DNA of 63,910 bases, the filler included, from Cercozoa sp. M6MM (Eukaryota; Protista; Endomyxa: Ascetosporea): the NCBI GenBank assembly GCA_040357565.1. It is 6 parts of 6 records of this genome, joined end to end, with 100 filler letters (N's around TTAATTAATTAA, not from the genome) between each part and the next. Parts side by side here need not be neighbours in the genome. Positions count along the whole stretch, not along the records: positions 33,332 to 55,716 come from JBDODJ010000184.1; positions 55,817 to 61,013 come from JBDODJ010000950.1; positions 61,114 to 63,910 come from JBDODJ010001693.1; 3 more parts are not named here. One strand, given 5' to 3'. Positions 55,051-63,910 of the stretch are shown here, piece after piece. The position numbers and the translations under genes are program-made. The notes under the pieces were generated by a model that was given only the letters and a program-made list of their open reading frames with translations, did no database searches and was not told the DNA's origin. How positions within the stretch are numbered: position 1 is the first letter of the stretch; each line of letters begins with the position of its first letter.

Positions 55051-55533
55051 GCATGGCGAATCTAGCTCTGAACTGAGTCAAATTCGCATTTTTGCGTGCC
55101 TCCAAGCCCAGGGCCACGGCATACGCGACGTTATATTGGCAGATTCGATGTGGGCTAGATGCTACCGCCCCCCCGAAACGCACACTCCAATTTGCTTTCT
55201 TAAGCCGTTTTCGCACGGACTTGGTTTACAATTCCCGTCCCGTCCGGCACACTAGGGGCCCTGGCAATTCGAATTGAATCGGTGAAGAATTAAGATACTT
55301 AACCCGTCGCACGCTATACTTGAACGGTAACGACCCGGGTTGGGCGGTGGATTTACACGACAACCCCTGCATCGCTGGCGAGGGCAGTAACGGACGGGAG
55401 TGGATGGGATGCTCGGCTTACAAAAACACAAAAAGAAACACGGCGGAGCAGACTTTGGGACATCGGGACTGCGTTGAAACGATATGGGTGCACATCACAT
55501 CACAGAAAGGTTAGTGTCCGAGAGAAACCGTAC

Positions 55534-55643
55534 CTATTGGTGTAGTTTGGAAAGAACATTGACGGCCTGCAGGACGTTCCGTCGGTGTTCTTCGACGTAA
55601 TCGACAAACTCGTCGGACGAGATAAAGTCGGCGTACAAGTTGT
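55534..55643 (-). CDS. 3' exon of a truncated gene, possibly the end of an RGS domain
   Basis: After the acceptor cacag, the frame with the most typical codon usage reads NLYADFISSDEFVDYVEEH...*; the other frames are also open. Confidence 0.3.
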
Positions 55644-55666
55644 CTGTGACAAGTCGGGATAAACAA

Positions 55667-55716
<50 letters not shown>

Positions 55717-55816
55717 NNNNNNNNNNNNNNNNNNNNNNNNNNNNNNNNNNNNNNNNNNNNTTAATTAATTAANNNNNNNNNNNNNNNNNNNNNNNNNNNN
55801 NNNNNNNNNNNNNNNN

Positions 55817-55861
<45 letters not shown>

Positions 55862-55876
55862 TGCGTGTGTGTGCAG

Positions 55877-58852
55877 GTGAAAGTCTGCTCAACGACGGCA
55901 GCGCTTTTGTCTTTTTTGTCGTGCTCCGTGCCTCACTTGTGGGTGAACAAAGGGTCGGTTTTCAAGAGAAACGATAAGGGTCAAGGAGAGTGAGGAAGAA
56001 ACCTTGAGGTGTATGGCGCGCAGAACGAATTCTGGCACGCCGCACAACTGACCTTGGGTGCACCTGTACTCGGAGTCTGCGTTGCACTACTGACTGAATT
56101 GTGTCTGTACTGCCAACACAGACTACCCGATCAACAGAAGGATATGATACCAAGATTTATGAGTAGGAAATTGTGTCGCAAGCGCCCCGAACTCGGACTG
56201 CAGTGCACAGTGCTCCTGGCGGCCGCACTATCTGCCTTCTTGCTGGCTGAACTGTCGTTTGGGGTACCCTGCTATTCTTTAAGCGTAGTTGTCTTCTATC
56301 CACCCTGACACAGGTCAGTGGAGTGTTGACACTCGTGTGCTTTGGCCTCTGCATGGTAACTTACATCAGGCTAGTTGTACCCTAGGAGAGGTAAGAGAAA
56401 TGTACAGGCCGCACGAGGTCAATACGCGATTTCGCCGTCGCTGCGGGATGCCGTTTTTGGAGTGCTTCATTGCGTCACTGAATGGTCCAACATTTGTTTT
56501 TGTGAACGCTGGTACTCTTATGTTTCTGCAGGTGCGAGGCACTCCTCTTTATACTGTCTGGTGTCTCGCCTTTCCTCTTCTCTTGGTTCCCACATGTTAA
56601 TTTACGCATCTGTGTTGAGACAGGTGCCGTCGTGTTCCGCGACCTCGACATAAGTGGCGTCACACCACGTAATCTATCGCTGCTCGAACTGTCTATTTAA
56701 TATCTGTATATTCAGAGATACTTACGTGAATAAACTTACGTTTTTACTTACCAGGCATGTTTCTGAACCTGGCAATGCTGGCTCTCATTCTGCCCTCGCT
56801 ACGTCTCATGGTATACACCAGAGTACTGGGAGAGCAACTAGATAAATAAGCACATACTTGGATTAGAGCATCTTGGGACTCGTGTACTCGTGGGCACGTC
56901 CTTCGATCTCGACGGATCCGTCGCATTCGCTGTGCTACGACGAGTGCCTCGTTGTATGTCACATTTCTCTTGGGTCTTCAGAAGGAACAGACATCCTTGT
57001 CACCTGTGCAGGTGGCAGCAGCAGGTCTGCGTGGTGCCGTAGCCTTGTCGCTAGGCATGCTGCTGGGTCTGGTACAGTCCATCTGCACCGTCTGTATGTA
57101 CCATCCATGTAGGCACTTACACAGGACGCTGGCTCGGGCATCTCCGAACGAGCAGTCGCACAGCTTCGTTTCTACGTTCGTTAGAGTCCACGTAGCTATG
57201 GTACATTTCTTTGGCTACCGTGTTTGTGTCGTACAGGTGGCAGGTGCGGTTCTGTTGTCACTACTGCCTGGTACACACCTTGTACATCTGTACTGTCCAA
57301 CCGCGAGGTCCATTTGATCCTGGTACAAACAGGAGCCGCCATTGCCGACTTTGCCTATCGTGTAGTCCCTTATCTTTCTACCAGCAAAAAATGTAAGTTT
57401 TAGTTTAATCTTCCATCATTCTTGTGGCCACAGCGACTGCGACGACGGTTGCCGCCGCCTGACCCGTCGCACGCCCACGTGTTTGCACGTGCCGTACGTT
57501 CCGAGTTGATCTGTCAGTCAGTGAGTACGGTGTGACTGTGTGATGACGGTGATAATGATGGTGCGTGTGCACAGATGCGCGAACTGGAGCATGAGCGTAT
57601 GCCGCAACGAGCGCGGTACTTCCGCGCGGACGCAGTCCTGGGCGCAGCCAATGCCGCCAGTGTGGAGCGAGTCGTGCCAAACTTTGTGAGTTGCGTCTGG
57701 TGCGACGGCACGGTGCTCCTGCGTCTGCGGAGTGACCTGCCGGGCGCACTCGAGAGTGCAGCCGCGGTGCCTCTGACTGCGGTGCCAAATGATCCCGCTA
57801 CTGACGGTGTCAATGATACCATCCGAGACAGTGTCAGCGACGGTGCCATCGGTGACGGTGTGGTGGTAACCGTGGCGCAGTGGAACGACGCACTGCGTGC
57901 ACTCAGTGCCTCGCTGAAGCGGCAGTACAGGCGGCGACTCATCGCGTCACGTGCCTCGCTGGCGACACTGCTGACAGCACTGCCACTGGCACGTGTCACC
58001 GACGATACCGTCACTGATGATCCACTGAATCAGGAGTGGCACCGTCTGCAACCTTTCTTGCACGTGCAGCCACACACCCATGTAGACGCTCTTCTTTCCG
58101 ATCATGGTATCTTGCCCCCTGGGATCCCATATTCTGCAGTGCCGACCGTGTCGTCGCTCTACGTGGAAGCAAGTGCTGCATGCGACCACACTTGTCGGTG
58201 CCTATATTCGCTCGCACCAACAGGTAGACCTTCTCGTGTTCCTGTGTCGGTGACACCTCACGTTCCTGAGTCGACTGTGTAGGTGGCCGAGTATGTGGCG
58301 GCAGACCCTGCAACTGCCTCTCTGGCCCCACTGCTTCTGCGCTTCGTTCCCAACGCCATCGTGTGTCTACGGCGCATACAACGTGAGTTCCCACAGGAGT
58401 CTCGGCAGGTCACCATGGCACTGTGCTCGTATGCAACACTGCACGCCAAAAGCGAGGTCGGCTTGTCCACAATACTGGATCCATGTGTCGTTTGGAGAAC
58501 TCTCTGCCCTTGGACAGGCACTACGGGAGATGCAAGACTTGGCGCTGCTGCACAAGGACGATGCGCAGGCATTGCTGCAGTGTATTCACGACACACGTAC
58601 ACCGGCTCTTTGTGTACATGGTCCTCTAGGTCATCCGTTAGTTGTGTTCGTGCAGTGTTCACACTCGAGTTGCTGTTCGAGATGGGCCCCAAGTGGCTGC
58701 TTTGGCACCGCAATCCGCACTTGTACGGCCGCGGACACACTGACTCGGAGGGTACGCCTCTACGTGACCTTTCCGGCAACCGCGACGCCGATGAGGAGGC
58801 ACGCATGTCGCTCACGCTCCACTCACACCAGTTGGACGAAACCACTCTGTAG
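55877..58852 (+). CDS. CPA1 Na+/H+ antiporter (SOS1/NhaP-like), 5'-truncated
   Basis: GESLLNDGSAFVFF, AELSFG|VSGVLTLV, GLRGAVALSLG; long soluble C-terminus ending DETTL*. Confidence 0.88.
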
Positions 58853-59130
58853 CCGCACTTGAGTGGCAGTTTCGTGTTTCTTAACATAGATCTATTCCAC
58901 AAAAATGGTGCATTCAAAAAAATCGCACTCGTACGGAGTGGCTCCTCTGGATCTACCTCTGCTATGCCATTGTCAGTGGGGTTGTAGGCGGATAATTAGG
59001 TGCGCTATTCAACTCGTCGTAGTCATTGAAGCGCTGCAGAGGTCGGCCACGTTCAGCTTTGGGAACTTTAGGCACTGGGCTAACACCCTAACATTGTACG
59101 TCGCGTAGTAAAACGAATTGATGGATCGAT

Positions 59131-59147
59131 GGTGTCATTTAGACACC
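59131..59147 (-). promoter_or_regulatory. Histone 3'UTR stem-loop-like element
   Basis: GGTGTC-TAAAT-GACACC, 67 nt downstream of the H4 stop. Confidence 0.55.
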
Positions 59148-59214
59148 GGAAAGAGTGCACCAGGGCACAATTTGAAGGTTTTTGTGCGGTGAGCGACGGA
59201 GCGAGCCATGTGAC

Positions 59215-59541
<327 letters not shown>

Positions 59542-59932
59542 TTAAGAGAGAGAAAAGAGAGAAAACTCTTGCTGGTGTGTTCTCAACCCAAACTGAGGAA
59601 ACAGGAGCCCACTGCTGGTCCGGCAAAGTTGCCGAGTGTGCCACCATTTTACCAAAAAACTATCTAGACTGCGTTATGTACGCTCTGTGTTAGCTTAACT
59701 TTAGACAATAGTAAGAGTGTTGCTTTAAACTATTCATATTGGCTTTAGATGCCCGTGGGAAAGAGAAAAAACGAAAACACAATTTGTGGCCCCAGAGGGT
59801 TTTGGATTTATTCGCACAAAGAGCGCCATCAGGCACAAGAATGCATCTTAATAACAGATCTTAGTCTCATGCACATTGTCGTAACTCTTACGCCCCGGAT
59901 GCTATGCTGGAGTCCCCGCCTTTGTTCAGTAC

Positions 59933-60503
59933 TCATGAGCTGTGTGTGCTGCCGGTGGAACTTTCGTAGTAAGAGGAACGACTCACGCTTGACTTGGAAG
60001 AGCTTCGACAAATGCCACCTCCGTACTGCGGGCGGTACATACCCTGCTGCATACCTGAGACGCGCGAAGGATACAGTAAGTTTACAGTAAATTTACACAA
60101 CTGTGGCGTCAAAACAAAACAGACTTCTTCAGAGAATAAATTTGTAATACTCACTCACCTTGCTGTCGCTGCATTCCCATTGGCTGCCCGGGCTGCCGTG
60201 CCTGTGGCTGCTGTGCTGCCGGGGCTGCGAACATGGTCTGCCCAACTGCGGCCTGCTGCGCCTGCGGTCGCCCGACGCCGAGTTGCGTGCGCGTCTGTGC
60301 GACAAGTGCAGTATCAATCGACCCATTCTTTCGGCTTTTCGGGTCAATTTTACCTTTTCTTTGCTTTTCGCCGCCTTTTGCTTCTTGACGAGGAAGAGTA
60401 CCAAGCACGCGCAGAGTAGCACAGCAATCACTCCGACGGCGACCCAAAAACGCCAGTCCAGCAGCACAGCACCGTCGTTACTCAACAGAAGCTGCAGCAA
60501 ACT
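59933..60503 (-). CDS. Single-pass membrane protein with a Gln/Pro-rich cytoplasmic tail; 5' end unresolved
   Basis: TM FWVAVGVIAVLLCACLVLFLV followed by KKQK, then exons TRTQLG...MQRQQ|GYPSRVSGMQQGMYRPQY...*. Confidence 0.55.
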
Positions 60504-60924
60504 CTGTCTTTATCCAAACGGGTTCTTCTGCAACAAAAACTAAAATACAAGTGAGGCTGTGACCGCGGGGTTTCCTCCCGAATTGACAGGAAGCACACGC
60601 GCTGTCTTTGCCGGAACTAAAGCAACTCACACGCGAAGATTGAAGTAATGCTCGCTTTCTTGTTAACAGAAATACGCCTTAAGCCAGCTTGTCCCACTTG
60701 TGCCACCGGCAACGAGGTCGTCAGTTGTTTTTGCGCAGTTCGGAGTGGTTGCAGCTGCGAAACAGGTAGTACCGACTCGGAAGACACAGTACTGTACATT
60801 TGCTTTCTATAAGGCTGGAGTAGCTTACATCGGCAGAAAGAAAAGTGGCCTTTCCTATTTCTCGGTCAGGCCCGAGCCTTTCTACCAATCAACGAAAGAA
60901 ATCAACCGAACTTGCTATGACGTG

Positions 60925-61013
<89 letters not shown>

Positions 61014-61165
61014 NNNNNNNNNNNNNNNNNNNNNNNNNNNNNNNNNNNNNNNNNNNNTTAATTAATTAANNNNNNNNNNNNNNNNNNNNNNNNNNNNNNN
61101 NNNNNNNNNNNNNTGTGTGTGTTCTTGAGAGAGAGAGAGAGTATGGAGAGTTTGTCTCCCTGCAG

Positions 61166-61493
61166 GGTGACAGGCGGCATGGCCAATGCCTTTAGTGCTG
61201 TCCTTGGTGTACACCTTCTTGATAAAAAACGTGTGGGTGGGTGATGTGTGTTGTCGGACAGGACGACACCTTCTCGCAGCAGCGGCAGCAGCGACTGCAG
61301 CGATCGTCGTCGCGCAAACTGAACGTCTTCACCGGGGTAGCTATATATATATATATATATCCACATATCAATATATATATATATATATATATATATATGA
61401 CGGTACAGTTGGCACATGGTGCGGGCCATCTGGGTCACTCGGTCGTCGACGCTGTCACTGGCGTCGTTCGGCAGCCTGTGGTAAAGCTAGTCC

Positions 61494-61530
<37 letters not shown>

Positions 61531-62746
61531 ATATCCCGTACCTGGACCTACACAGCTGGGTGCGCAAGAGTCCGGTGCCTCGGGTTTCTTCAAGGGCGTC
61601 GCGCACGGCGTGGTACCGATGCAGTCTCTTGCTCCTCAGCATATGTGCACACATGTGCTCTCACACAGGCCGGTGTGTTCACCAAACCTGTCGTCGGTAT
61701 CGCCGATGCACTGGCCTCTGCCTCGCGGTACTCTGCACTCTGTCCTCCTCGTGTGCATTGTGTGTGTGCACGTGTGTGTGTGCATGTGTGTGTGTGTGTG
61801 TGCATGTGTGTGTATGTATGCAGAGGCATCCGAGGACAGGACATGGTGCACGCTGGTGCAGGTAGTCTTGGACTTTGCTTAGTGTGCGTGTGTGCATGTG
61901 AGTGTGATAGGTCTGTATGCACACGGACGCGTGCGACTGCCGCGATTGCTGCGACGCACGCAGCGCCGTCTGGTGTCCTACACGCGGTACCTGTCCCTTC
62001 CTCTCCTTTGTCCAGGGATACATGTGTGTGTGTGTCGTTTGTGCTGCGCCAGTGTCGATGCGGTGGTGTCGTTTGTGCTGCGTACGCTGCAACAGGAGGG
62101 CCGTCTGCGCGGTGTCCTGGTACCTATACCTGAGAGACCCCTTGCTGGTGGAGCCTGACTCCCTGTGAGTGCAGGAACAAGAGCCGCTCGTTTTGTTCCA
62201 CTTTGCTTCGATTGATGAACCTGGTAGGCTTGCTACTTTAGTACTCTGGACGCAGGCATCTGTGTGGTGTGTGTGTGTGCATGTGTATGTGTTTGTGCAC
62301 CCAGACAAGTTGTTTATTGCGCTGCACGAGTGTTTGCTGGCGGTGCGACTGCCGTCGGAAAGGTACAGTGTGCCTGGTCTCATGGACACGCATCAACAGA
62401 AGTTCGCCTGCCTGCAGAAGCGACCTGAGGGTTCGTTGGGCATGTGCGTGGACGCATTTGTCTGTCAGTGAGGAGGTGTCCAACACGGCGCTGTCGTTGC
62501 ACCGGCGTGTTGAACAGTACCGCGACGCCGACCTTTCTGATGGTACCCCCTCCCCTTTCTCTCGTGTCCCTGCCTGTGTGTGTGTGTTTGTGTGTGTGTG
62601 TGTGCCCGGTATGCCCTGGTCACTCAGACACCCCGGGTATCACGTCGACCGTAACCGAGGAGATCGCGCTGTCCGATGACGCCGTCGTGGCGCTGGTGGC
62701 ACGTCGCCTCCTCGCGGCCATGCAGAGCGGCCACCTGGCTGCCTAG
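61166..62746 (+). CDS. VPS13: VPS13 family protein, C-terminal part (ATG_C region)
   Basis: VVDAVTGVVRQPV|LGAQESGASGFFKGVAHGV|AGVFTKPVVGIADALASASR|GI...RVRLPR. Confidence 0.88.
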
Positions 62747-62789
62747 TCTGTCGGGCAGTCTACTGTAGCGGGAGCTGACAGCGCTGGCC

Positions 62790-63560
62790 CTGCGTATAGC
62801 CGAGCGTACAAAGCAACGGATGGAACCAAACGAACAAAGGAACATCCCTTTTGATAAAGAAACGTATCAATGACCCAGTCGAAGTCATCACCAAAGCCAT
62901 GCTAGAAGCCATAGAAGAGGCAACACCCACCAAAATAATCACCCAACACTCATGCCTAGGCATATCGGTCGACTCGATAAAAATCAAGAGGAACACATAT
63001 AGCACCATGAAACTCAATAAGGAACTATAAAACAAAAATGAAGATGCGTCTGAACTCGAAGCACTCCTCAAAAACATGAGAAAACAGCTCGCTACATGAG
63101 GTGCAGCAACTTGTCAAAAACACAATCGAGACCAAGTTCACGGCACTCATCGAGAAACTGAAAACAAAGCGCGATGAGTGTGCAAAGTTTGAAGCCAACA
63201 AACTGAACTGAGGAGCAACATACGTCAAAATGAAAGGCATGACAGAGTGCGCGAAAGGCGTCAAGTCGCACACGCCAACGGGCAGACAAAGCCTTCGCAT
63301 TGATAGACAAGCACTATGGCAGGAGAGTGGCCAGGCTGAACGCACACACAACAATCGGGGAGATCACTCGAATACTGAGAAACATCACTGACAGAGAAAC
63401 AAATGGCGCTACCAGAGCCTCAACAATTGAGGGTGCCTCAGAAGACAAAGCCATACCAGAGATCTTCGCAGAACACCTACAAAGAAAACCACACTCGACT
63501 GGTCCCAATTCGCAATGAACAATGAAGTACTCGGAGATACAGCTCCCCTTTTGACGATCC
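62790..63560 (+). mobile_element. Degenerate non-LTR retrotransposon remnant (ORF2 endonuclease-RT linker region)
   Basis: A-rich, intronless, stop-interrupted. ITKAMLEAIEEATPTKII and EDKAIPEIFAEHL resemble LINE ORF2 linker motifs; composition matches 39000-40110. Confidence 0.55.
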
Positions 63561-63823
63561 CCCAAGACGCGTCATGGTTGGTGCAGGTAGCGGGCCAGTC
63601 AGGAGTATCGATTCATTGCAGTTGGTTAAATGTACAGTCTACTGTCCCTTTATTCTGCGCCCAGCCGAGCCTTGACGCATTTCCCATCCTCTCATGTCAC
63701 TTTGAAATCATCGTACTCCGTAATGATAGGCACGTCTGTTCGATTGATGTTTCAATACAAACGTCAAGACATCATCGATAAAGACAAGAACAGTATTTTC
63801 CCTTTACATATTTGAGCGATCCC

Positions 63824-63834
63824 CACACACACAC

Positions 63835-63903
<69 letters not shown>
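63824..63903. repeat. (AC)n microsatellite
   Basis: Visible directly. Confidence 0.95.
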
Positions 63904-63907
<4 letters not shown>

Positions 63908-63910
63908 CTC

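Noticed and set aside
55310-55425. Fragments reminiscent of the U3 5' end or RNase P 3' end
   Set aside because: The required companion motifs (box A, CR-I) are absent; probably an exon or UTR of the minus-strand gene

Overview
Eukaryotic nuclear DNA, protist-like and read with the standard genetic code, with many GT-AG spliceosomal introns. The window is not one locus. Artificial N-TTAATTAATTAA-N linkers join six contigs (about 1-21716, 21816-28371, 28472-33231, 33332-55716, 55817-61013 and 61114-63910). Genes are compact and intron-rich and often sit head-to-head. Their introns are filled with (GT)n/(AC)n, (TA)n or degenerate GGGGTAAA/TTTACCCC repeats. Recognisable genes: PTC7-type PP2C phosphatase, a two-domain membrane class III cyclase with inverted catalytic domains (probably guanylyl), an F-box-like protein, DUF455, RPS7, a CEP131-like coiled-coil protein, BBS9, an RGS protein, ataxin-10, a mitochondrial PPR-like protein, site-1 protease, bestrophin, a CPA1 Na+/H+ antiporter, histone H4 and the VPS13 C-terminus. 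There are also two decayed non-LTR retrotransposon remnants. The most notable unexplained structure is a run of long G-U-rich hairpins in the RPS7 5' leader; one hairpin sequesters both splice sites of a putative 44-nt cassette exon that carries a uORF. All gene models were spliced by eye and all homology calls come from remembered motifs, not database searches.
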